Shown here in pieces: positions 53,550 through 64,000 of a stretch of DNA of 64,000 nt (positions are counted from its first letter, which is position 1; every line of letters begins with the position of its first letter). Location: assembly GCF_028641065.1 (NCBI RefSeq), contig NC_073410.1:5208001-5272000 (forward strand). The letters are read 5' to 3'. This DNA comes from Leucoraja erinacea (lineage: Eukaryota). The position numbers and the translations under genes are program-made. Under the pieces are notes generated by a model. The model saw nothing but the letters and a program-made list of their open reading frames with translations, was not told the origin of the DNA and searched no databases.

Positions 53550-54085
53550 TCATAATAATAATAATAATATATTTTATTGTCATTGCACAAGTGCAACGAG
53601 ATTTGGGTTTGCAGCTTCCATTCGACATCATAACTTAAGTAACTACTAAAATTTAGGTTTAGATACCCCGAGAACATGGTTTGTACAAAGAACATAACAA
53701 CAGTAAATTGTCAAAACAGACTAAAGTGCAGATGTGTCTACGCAACGTGACCATCCAAGGGAGACAGTCCATGGGGGTGGGGGGGGGGCACTCAGCAGGG
53801 CCGGTTCAGAGCCGCTACAGCTCTGGGAAAGAAGCTGTTCCTGAGTCTGGAGGGGTGGGCGTAGAAGGCCTTGTAACGTCTGCCGGAAGGAAGTAGTTCG
53901 AACAGTCCATTACAAGGGTGTGAGGAGTCTTTGTGAATGCTGACGGCCTTCCTGAGGCACATTGTGCTGTGCGGTAGATGCCCTCCAAGTGCTGGTAGTG
54001 GTGTCCCATTGATCTTCTGCGCTCTGTGGACGACGCGCTGAAAAGCTCTCCTCTCCACCTCCGTACAGCTGAGATACCACAGCAT
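53550..54085 (-). mobile_element. Rex-Babar-like LINE 3' fragment
   Basis: KDSSHPCNGLFELLPSGRRY...RLRNSFFPRAV; (ATT)n tail. Confidence 0.8.
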
Positions 54086-54426
54086 GCTCTATGACCTCAA
54101 AGTAATTGTCAAAAGATAGTCATGACCTCAAAGTAATTGTCTTCAATTTAGCATTGAGGAGAATCTTTCATTCTTAAAAGTAGTAGTATTTTGGAATCCT
54201 CTACCTCGGAGGGCTGTAGATGCTCAGTCATTGAATATACCCAGATGGTAGCAATCAGCTGATTTTTCCATGCCAAGAGATATGGAGATTGGTTTGGAAA
54301 ATAAAGGAAGATGTTCAGCCAGGATCTTACTGATTGATGGAGAAACTAAGAGAGGCTTCGTCATATGCAGCTGTATTATTTTATCTGTTCTTGGAGTTAA
54401 CTATCCTAAAGCTTTCCTCTAGTGTG

Positions 54427-54752
54427 GGCAGCACAGTGGCACAACCAGCAGAGTTGCTGCTTCATCGCACCAGGGACCCGGGTTCAATCCTGACCTCGGG
54501 TGCTATCTGTGTGTGGAGTTTGCACTTTCCTCCGGTGACCATGTGTGTTTCCTGCAGGAGCTTCAGTTCCCTCCAACATTCCAAAGACGTGCGGATTTGT
54601 AGATTCATTGGATTCTATAAAATTGACCCTAGTGTGTAAGGAGCGGATGAGAAAATGGTGTAGTAGAACTAGTGTGAATGGGTGGTTCATTGTGTGGGTG
54701 GACTCGATGGGCCAAAGGGCCTGTTTCTATTTTCTACCCCTAAACTAAACTA
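54427..54752 (+). mobile_element. tRNA-derived SINE (V-SINE/HE1-like)
   Basis: Full copy with a (CTAAA)n tail. Confidence 0.75.
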
Positions 54753-54879
54753 ATAGATAGGTCATGCCAATTTTTTAATGGTGTCTGTGAAAAAAATAAA
54801 TATTATTATTAATTACTAGGCAAGTAGCCTAGTTTTGTTCCATTGTGTTAGATTTCTCTATCTCTTCAATACCTGAATA

Positions 54880-55530
54880 TAGTCAAGTCAAGATAGTTTA
54901 TTGTCATGTGTCCCAGATAGGACAATGAGATTCTTGCTTTGCATCAGCACGAGTACAGAACATAAAATATCAGTGAGTCCATATAACATTATATAAATAT
55001 ATACACACATCAATAAATAAGCAGATAAAGTGCAAATAAACAGATAATGGTCTATTAATGTTCAGAGATTTGTTTCAGTTGAGTTTAATAGCCTGATGGC
55101 TGTGGGGAAGTAGCTATTTCTGAACCTGGACGTTGCAGTCTTCAGGCTCCTGTACCTTCCACCTCAAGGTAGTGGAGAGATGAGTGTGTGGCCAGGATGG
55201 GTGGGTCCTTGGTGATACTGTCAGCCTTTTTGAGGCAGCGACTGTGATAGATCCCCTCAATGGATGGAAGGTCAGAGCTGATGATGGACTGGACAGTGTT
55301 TACTACTTTTTGTAGTCTTTTCCGCTCCAGGGCGCTCAAGTTGCCAAACCAAGCCACGATGCAACCGATCAGCATGCTCTCTACTGTGCACCTGTAGAAG
55401 TTAGAGAGAGTCCTCCTTGACAAACCGACTCTGTAATATTCTCAGGAAGTAGAGTCGCTTATGTGCTTTCTTAATAATCGCATCAATGTTCTCGGACCAG
55501 GAGAGATCTTCAGAAATATGCACGCCCAGG
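54880..55530 (-). mobile_element. Rex-Babar-like LINE 3' fragment
   Basis: LSNFYRCTVESMLIGCIVAWFGN...RKRLQKVV. Confidence 0.8.
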
Positions 55531-55612
55531 AATATAGAGCAATTGGTTGCCTACAAATCAGTATGGGATGTCCTGAGGAAGATTTGATGTCAACCAGTAA
55601 CTTGGTTCAGTG

Positions 55613-55893
55613 TTCAAGAAGGAACTGCAGATGCTGGAAGATCGAAGGTACACAAAATTGCTGGAGAAACTCAGCGGGTGCAGCAGCATCTATGGAGCAA
55701 AGAAAATAGGCGACGTTTCAGGCCGAAACCCTTCTTCAGATGATGGGGGGTGGGAGGGGAGAAGGAAGGAAAAAGGGGAGGAGGAGGAACCCGAGGGCGG
55801 GGGGATGGAAGGAGACAGCTCGAGGGTTAAGGAAGGGGAGGAGACAGCAAGGGCTAGCAAAATTTGGAGAATTCAACATTCATGCCATCAGGA
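55613..55893 (-). mobile_element. Penelope-like element 3' fragment
   Basis: Minus strand reads PDGMNVEFSKF, then a pyrimidine tract and the same terminal motif. Confidence 0.7.
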
Positions 55894-58224
55894 TGTATTT
55901 GAGTTATCCAATTTGCTGAAGCAGAGAGGACTGGTGGAAAAGCAGCAATACGAGCCAAGTTGTGACCTTATGCAGGTGGTGTTGTTGTGCCTTAAGGAAG
56001 GGCAACTGTTGAAACATGTAAAGAAACCTGTACTGAAATGCACTGAGTGGCATCGTAAAGGTGCATTGAGTCACGATAAAAACCCCACTAAAAAAATGAG
56101 TGAAAGGTAAATAGAAAATGTTGAAGTTGCCCAGCGGGTCAGTCAGCATCTGTGGAGAAAGGACCAGAGCTGACACTGAAGGTGAAAGATTGATGAGTTC
56201 CAACATAGGGCCTCTGATTTGACAGGTTCATTGTTTCTCTCACCTGCTGAGTGTTTTTGACTTTTTATTTCAGATTTACGATGTCTGCAGCTTCATTCGT
56301 TTTCAACGATGGGAGATATTGGATGAAGTGGTGAAACAGTCCCATTGGCAGCCACATGCAACAGATACACGATGGTAGGTTCAATGAACACTGTCCCTGA
56401 ATTGAATTATCATTTGGCAATAGTTTTTAGTGCAGAGTATTATCACAAAACATTAAGCATTATATCTCATGCAGAAGATCCGCAATTAAACAAATGATTA
56501 AGGAGTAGAATTGACTAAATTAAGCCCAGCAATGATTGTTTTGCAAATAGATTTTCCACAGGAAGTATGCAACATTAAAAGATCCTGTCAGAGGATGAAT
56601 CATGGGGAGTTTTGTAAATTATTTGACATTACCAACCAGAGCTGGCATTTTTTTCTGTTCCTATAAATATCAACACATTTACCAGGAGCCCTATAAATAA
56701 CTGTACAGTCCTGAGAGGCTCCTGCAAAGCTAACATACTTTGGGGACCCAAGCGACAGGCTCCAGGAGAACCCATGTAAGCTACAATCCTGGGGCACTCT
56801 TATAAAACTTGACTTGCCCTTGAGGGACCTTTCCTGATGCTGCCATACTCCTGGAAACCATCAATAAACTGGATAGATCACGGTTAATACTGACATCACA
56901 GTGGATACATCCTAAACATTGCTATACACTATAGGACTGGCTAAAAATCTGACATACTCCTCTGGACCACCTATCAATACTGCCACCATACCAGAGTCCT
57001 CTGCCAATATGGACGCACTCCAAGGACAAGCTGTGAACACCGACTCGCACCTATGGGCATGCTGGCACACCCACAGGAAGCATTTTATAATCACTAGCTG
57101 ACTCCTCTGGAACTCCCTGCAAATCCCAACAAACTCTTTGGAATCCTAAATAACCTGACCAGGATCTCAAAGATACCAAGATCCTTCTGGGGTCTCCTAA
57201 AGCTATCTACACATAATAAGGACCTTCAGGAACTGCTGGTGCATGTGTGGAGACGTGCAGATGATGGTGAACACTGTATCTATTGCCACCAGTGTATTGC
57301 ACAGGTATTTTTCCACATCCCCTTTGTGTTAATTATCATTGACCATCTTGTCCTGTATCAGCCTTGAAACCATCTTTTGCTAACCCTCTGAATCCCACAA
57401 AGAAGGGGTGATGTGTTAGTTTAGATGACCTATTCCTATTGCCGTTTTGAGAGATTCAACTTCAATGTTGTATCTCAATCCAAATAATGGCACTTCTGAC
57501 AATACAGTGGACACTTGGTGCTATGCCAGAATACCAGCCTGTGTTGGAGTTGAATTGGACTTGAATCCTCAATGAAGGAAAAATCCTTGCCTTTAATTTC
57601 TGACCATCAATGAAAGCTGAATCTTACAAATTACTAAGTACTGGTACACCACCGATCTTCCGGCAACTGATGGCTGGAGAAATTACCGATAGGAAAATGA
57701 TTTGTCACAGATGCAGTACATGTGAGTGTGCCCCCACTCCCCTCCCTCCCCGTCCTCCACATGTCTTTGGAATATCTGTGGAATCCTTGTCTTTCATGTT
57801 TAAAAAAAAAATCTGATTGGGAGCGTGTACGAGGCTCAGGGTTGTGAGTTACCTGATTCGAGATCAGATGAGTAGGCCTGGCTCAGGTCCAGATGGAGAG
57901 CACAGCTACACAGTCACCGAACAGCAGATGAGCTCGGTGTGTTGTGCCTTTGACTTTACATTATGTGCCAGTGACACTAGACAATAGATGCAGGAGTAGG
58001 CCATTCGGCCCTTCGTAGCCAACACCACCATTCATTGTGATCAAGACTGATTATCCACAATCAGTACCACGTTCCTGCCTTCTCCCCATATCCCCTGACT
58101 GCTATCTTTAAGAGCCCTATCTAACTCTGATTGTGATTGTGCTCTTGCATCTCCCATCATCTCCCTTGTTCTCTGGATAAATCAACATATCGATCAGACA
58201 CAACAATCAGCATTATTAATACTA

Positions 58225-58512
58225 NNNNNNNNNNNNNNNNNNNNNNNNNNNNNNNNNNNNNNNNNNNNNNNNNNNNNNNNNNNNNNNNNNNNNNNNNNNN
58301 NNNNNNNNNNNNNNNNNNNNNNNNNNNNNNNNNNNNNNNNNNNNNNNNNNNNNNNNNNNNNNNNNNNNNNNNNNNNNNNNNNNNNNNNNNNNNNNNNNNN
58401 NNNNNNNNNNNNNNNNNNNNNNNNNNNNNNNNNNNNNNNNNNNNNNNNNNNNNNNNNNNNNNNNNNNNNNNNNNNNNNNNNNNNNNNNNNNNNNNNNNNN
58501 NNNNNNNNNNNN
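58225..58512. other. Assembly gap (N run)
   Basis: Ns in the sequence. Confidence 1.
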
Positions 58513-59380
58513 TCCGGTAAAACAGATATCCTTGGTGGACCTATCATATCATCCATCACCAGCACTCAGTTGCATAATTGTTGGAGTAACTTGGTTTGAT
58601 ATTCCAACTCCCCAGGAATAATGCATCAAGAACATTGAAGTACTGATTGATAATCACCCCACTGAAAACTTTGTATGGCAGAGACACACTCACCTGATTA
58701 AAGCATTCTTACTTCACTGTCTCTTCACCACAGGTTCACCCAGGTAATGAAGCAACCCATCGAAGGTGCTGTGCCGTTACACAGGGGGGTAGCTCAACGG
58801 TGCGTAATTAGACCGCAGCCTTCGTTTTTACACTGCAGTGTGTTCCAGCGTTGATTTTACTCAGAGTGAATAATGCCACCATTCGTTGAGTTCAGTTTAA
58901 TTTAGAATTACAGCGTGGAAACTGGTCCTTTGACCAGCGATCCCCGCACACTAGCACACACTAGGGACAATTTTACATTTACACCAAGCCAATTAACCTG
59001 CAAACATGTACGTCTTTGGAGTGTGGGAGGAAACCGAAGATCTCGGTGAAAACCCACGCGGTCACAGAGAGAACGTACAAAGTCCACTTCCCGACAATTG
59101 TGCCTCGTATTGGTGAATCCATTTTAGTTTTTGACAAGGCTGTGTCCTTTGCTTGTTTAAGAGGAGTTTTCGGGGTAATCCAGTCACAAGCAACTTATTT
59201 TGTGAGATGTATTGAACTCCCTAGTGAGCTTAACAGCATTTGAACGAGGGACAGAATCATCAGTCACAATTTAAGCACATGTCCGTAATGATCACTCTTC
59301 ATCACTGTTCTCTGTGATTGCTCTCAGCATCCTGGGAGCCGATCAGTGCTTTCCAAGACTGTCAGCAGATCCAACTCCTA

Positions 59381-59740
59381 AAGGGCCTCTCCCACTGTAC
59401 GAGGTAATTCAAAAGTTTTCCCGAGTTTTCCCCGGATTCGAACTCGGAGAATGTCCGTAGCGGGTCCGTAGGAGTTCGTGGATGTCTCGTAGCGGCTCGT
59501 ACGAGTAACGGTAGGTACTCGGGAAATCCGGTAAACTCGTGACGTTTTTTCAAAACTGTGAAAAATGTCCACGAGTAAAAAAATACTCATGATGAAAAAA
59601 TGTTTTACTTTTTACTCGTACGAGCCGCTACGAGACATCCACGAACTCCTACGGACCCGCTACGGACATTCTCCGAGTTCGAATCAAGGGGAAAACTCGG
59701 GAGACCTCTTGAGTTACCTCATACAGTGGGACAGGCCCTT
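59381..59740. mobile_element. PIF/Harbinger-type MITE with ~130-bp arms
   Basis: AAGGGCCTCTCCCACTGTACGAGGTAATTCAA ... TTGAGTTACCTCATACAGTGGGACAGGCCCTT; related to the 16470 copy. Confidence 0.8.
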
Positions 59741-62700
59741 TATACAATTGTGGCCAAATGTCCTCTCCCAATGGATGTTCCCCTGCTGCAGAGACATTAG
59801 TCGTTTTCCTAGGTGAGCAGAGGTCTTGGCGGTACCAGCACAAAGCATCAATCTTCTTGTGGATCTCCTCATTTCACACACACAGGCGTTACTGCAATGT
59901 AAACACTGCCTCTCTATCAGTCTGGACCATATTCACCAACATTTACATTTCAATTGGCCATCTTCCAGAGCCATTAATCATTCATTTGGAATGAAGGCGC
60001 TAAGTATGTGTACTACTATTAGTTAGCAAAATAAAATATTATTTTTGTCTTGGACAATAAGTGATGATCAAGTTTTTTCAGAAAATATCACTGTGTTTGG
60101 ACAGATTTCTTCAAAGGGTTTATTTATAAAGCACTAAATAGCGGTTAATGCAATCACAAACTGTGTACACACTGTACAGGATGTTAAACACAGATGGGAG
60201 CATTTATAGAGGGGGAAAAAAGCTGTATATCACCTCTTACAACAATGACTTTGTGTTGATTGGCAGCACAAATCTACACATTGGATTTACTGAGAGTTAT
60301 ATAATCTTCAGTATTCAGCCTAGAATTAACCATTGATGATGAATAGTGTCTAATGCTTAAGAGCGAGCATCTCTTGCCTGTAGGATAATGCCTCTCATGG
60401 GTACAATCTGGCAGAACGTGAAATATTTCTGAAATGAGATATTTACAAAGGTACAAACATACCAACGAAGATGAGGAGAGGTGGAATAAACCACTCGGCC
60501 CTTCAAGTCTTCTGCATTAATCAGCAAACCTACGTCATGGCCAAATTGTGTGACACCTCAACTCCACAAGCTTGTCTACCCCAGTAACATTTCAGCCCTT
60601 TGCTGAGCAGGAATCTATCCCCCTCTGTCTTAAAAAGATTCAAAGATTCTGCATCCACTGTACCTCCCCTTTTGAGGACAAGAGTTCAAAAGATTCACAG
60701 CCCTGAGAGAAAAAAATTGAGTTTAGAGATACAGGGTGAAAGTAGGCACTTCAGCCCATCGATTACGTACCAACATGCCAAGTGATAGAATTGGGGGGGT
60801 GGGAAAGGGGACAGTTAATGGAAATATGGGAAGAAAAAAAGTAAAGGATTAGTGTCACCATGGTTGGTGTAGAGTTGTTGACCTTCCCCTATGCTATATT
60901 TCTCTATGACACCAAGTTTTCTTTTGTGATCTTTCATCATTTAGGCAAAATGCTTATTTCTTCTATTTTCCCTGTGAAAATGGATGGTATCATATTTTTC
61001 CACATTTTAATATTGGTTCATTTTTGCCCATGCTCTTTACCTCTCCCTATCTCCTTGTATCCTCCCTGATGCTGGATTTTTGCCCACTCCCCTTACCCAT
61101 CCATATCCCCCCTTGGAGCCTCCTCGTGTACACAATGCTGATTATCCACCAAGGTTGATTGTCGCAAATCTTTGGTAGCAAAGCAACCTGAGAAGACAGA
61201 GAGGAAAGAGTGTGGGATATTTAAATTTATTTTAAAAAGAAGCATGGAATGCATAAGCAAGCACCATGCCACACTAATCTCTGCTCTGGAGAACTGTGAC
61301 TGAATGTGAGCAGTATACTTTAGAACGGATCTGGGCCTAGAGAGCAGAACTATTTGTCAAAGATGCAGAAACACATTGCAAGTGCAGAACAGTAGACACG
61401 CTAACATCGCTCTCCTTTGAGCAGAGGAAGTCGGGAGAGACTCATTTAAGGTGTTCAACATTACAAAGATCTTGGATGGAACTGTTCAGCGTTTCAAAGT
61501 GGGTGGATCGCCAGATGTCGCAGACTTAAAATAATTGTGTAAGGAACCAAAGAGGAAACAAGCAAAAAGGTTCTTACTCAGAGAGTTGTTACATCTGGTA
61601 CCTGCTGTCAGAAAAATAGGTTGGAGCAGATTCCACTGAAACTCACTAAAAAGGCAATTAAGCATCTCCTGAAAATAGAACGGTATTGCAGGATTGTGGA
61701 GCATAAGCAGAGGTGAGGGACTTCTTTAGATAGTTCTATTAAAAACGACACAGGCATGATGGGCTGAATAGCCCAAAGCTGTGTTGCAACATGTTGCGCT
61801 TGATATATCATGATATGTTTACCTAATGCACCAGAAAGCCCCACGCCTGTCAATTATTTGGCTCAGGTGTTAACCAACCTACATTTAGTGTGTTATCATC
61901 TCACCTGAAGCAGCACTCCACAGACTTTAAACATCTTGCCCAAGGGATCATCGGGATATTTTATCTGGTTGGTGAATTCAGTGACTGATCTAGGTCAGCA
62001 GTAAACAAGAGTTTTTTTAAACCTCTCCAGAAGCAAGCAGATATTGGCCCTCATTCCTTTTACTTTCTGCAGTTATTTTTATTCTCTCACTTAGTCTCTC
62101 TCCCTCATTCTGAAATCATCACATTCAATTGTAGTATTCTCTCCCAATCAGCTTTCTCCCCTTCCCCCCCCCCCTCCCCTCCCCTCCTCCCCCTCTCCTC
62201 TCCTCTCCCCCTCTCCCTCTCTCTCTCTCTCTCTCTCCCCCTTTCCTCAAGATGTGAAACATCTTAGCATGCTTTATTCAACTTTAAAGGTGCTATACAA
62301 AGTCTAGTTGGTGAAGGGATGTGACACTCACCTAATCCTGTGATTATTTCTGGATAATAATAGCACTAATTAGCCATCTGGTGACTACCCATACATCACT
62401 GCAGCTGTTTCACTGCGATATCAACAGTAGATTAAATTAGATTTTAAGTCACAGAAACATGGACTAACATAGCATGAACATAAAAAGAGTTTTTGCTGTT
62501 GAATCCACCAAAAACATTGTTTCTCTTATGATGACGGTCAGAGTTTCTGCTGAAGCCCAGGCTTACTATGTGAAAGCAATTTAAAATCTTGCTCTACCAA
62601 AGACTTGTTTTCTTATTGTGTAGTCTAGTTTTTTTTCTGTACAGTCTTTTTCTCTTTACTGTCTTGAAGAATGTATGTATAATTATAATTAAGTACGGGT

Positions 62701-64000
62701 GTTGGAGGTTATGGGGTGAAGGCAGGAGAATGGGGCTAAGAGGGAGAGATAGATCAACCCTGATTGAATGGTGGAGTAGATTTGATGGCCCGGATTGTAT
62801 TGTATATCTTTATTGTCATTTCCTGAGTATTCACATACCCAGAGGAAACAAAAAAACGTTGCTCAACCAGTGTCCATTCAGTGTGCATTAAAAATAAATA
62901 GAAATAAAAATACATATATCATGAACAAATTTAACACTCTACTAAACATTCAACAGGCGTTCAGATCAGCAGTGGCACGACAGTGGCTCTGCTGCAGTGT
63001 GTCCAGGTTGGTGGTTGGTGCGCGATACTTTGGCAGGGGGCAAAGTCCGTTTAGCAGTCTTATAGCCTGTGGGAAGAAGCTGAGGAGCATCCTGCTGGTT
63101 TTGCAGCTAATTGCCTGGATTGCCTAATTGTACTCCGATCACTTATGATCTTCTGATTATTCATGTTTTTATGTGCTGTCTGAATCTAGGGCATGTGTTG
63201 TTACAAACATGATTTTCATTGTATTTCTTCCACACCACAGTTGTGCATAAGTCAGTGGGATTTTTTGGTGACAGTTCTAGCACCTCCAAAAAATCAAAAA
63301 CGCCATTGATGTAAAGCAGACTAGAGCTTTCTGTAAACAGTTATATACGTCCCGGCACTTTTATGTCTATAAAAAAACTGTGTATGTGACAATAAATGAA
63401 TTAAAGAAATGCAATATTCCCATTGAATCCAAGGACATCTCTGGCCCATGATCGCTCAAACTAGAGGCATATTCAGACTAGTAGTGAGAACCTTGAGTCC
63501 ATGCATGAGGAGCATACACATTGCATTAGCAGTGGAAGCGACATAACACCTCACATCCCGTCACCTACCACATGTTCCATCTGTGGAAGACTGTGATGTC
63601 CCCTCACTAAACTCATTCTCCACCTCAGAAACTACAAGACTGGAGGCCAGCCAACATTTATTGCTCATCCTTAATTGCTCTTGAGAAGATGGCTGTGAGC
63701 TGCTTGAGTGGGCCAGTTGGGAACTGGCAACAATACACTATTATTCATTGTTTATAATTTATGGAATCAATTTCTGGCCAAACTCAAGTTCTTCCCATAG
63801 ATGCTTCCAGACCCACTGTAAGAGTTTCACATTTTATGTTCTTATTTCCTATTTTTTAAATTATTCCCAAGTTTTTTTTTGGCATACCCCTTTGTGGGGT
63901 CAGAATAGTGCATTAAAACAAACACAGTCACTGTTAATAAAAACTGAGGTTGCTAGGACTCATGAAATTAGAGGTTCAATATCCCTTCTGGGAGCAAATA

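Noticed and set aside
54091-54141. 20-bp direct repeat ATGACCTCAAAGTAATTGTC
   Set aside because: A small local duplication next to a LINE truncation point, with no functional sign.
55610-56110. 166-aa ORF
   Set aside because: It is an antisense read-through of a Penelope terminus and purine tract, with no recognisable domain.
36000-64000. Exons of a neighbouring gene such as NFKB2
   Set aside because: No recognisable coding exon on either strand; small exons could have been missed.

Overview
Vertebrate genomic DNA, most likely from a cartilaginous fish (skate/ray). This is inferred from the repeat content: V-SINE/HE1-like SINEs, CR1, L2, Rex-Babar and Penelope-derived foldbacks. The + strand holds the 3' half of PSD (EFA6A, Arf6 GEF): seven shared coding exons (14723-31763: Sec7 tail, PH domain, coiled coil) plus an internal alternative first coding exon at 9544-9711. 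Spliced together they give a complete 387-aa Sec7-less isoform resembling mammalian EFA6As. A probable ~4 kb 3' UTR ends near 35900, and I see no further coding exon in 36-64 kb. Mobile DNA includes a full-length but dead Tc1 element, PIF/Harbinger-type MITEs, a hAT MITE and over 30 Penelope-derived arms or palindromes carrying a hammerhead-like core. Most notable observations: (1) a ~140-nt retroposon at 40774-40912 (minus strand) whose 5' end folds as a minimal HDV/CPEB3-like ribozyme starting exactly at the insertion boundary; (2) a CCA-bearing tRNA-Leu 3' fragment inserted with a 13-bp TSD; (3) a Penelope foldback that has captured an inverted copy of nearby sequence. Repeat boundaries are by eye and approximate; family names come from recalled motifs, not database searches.
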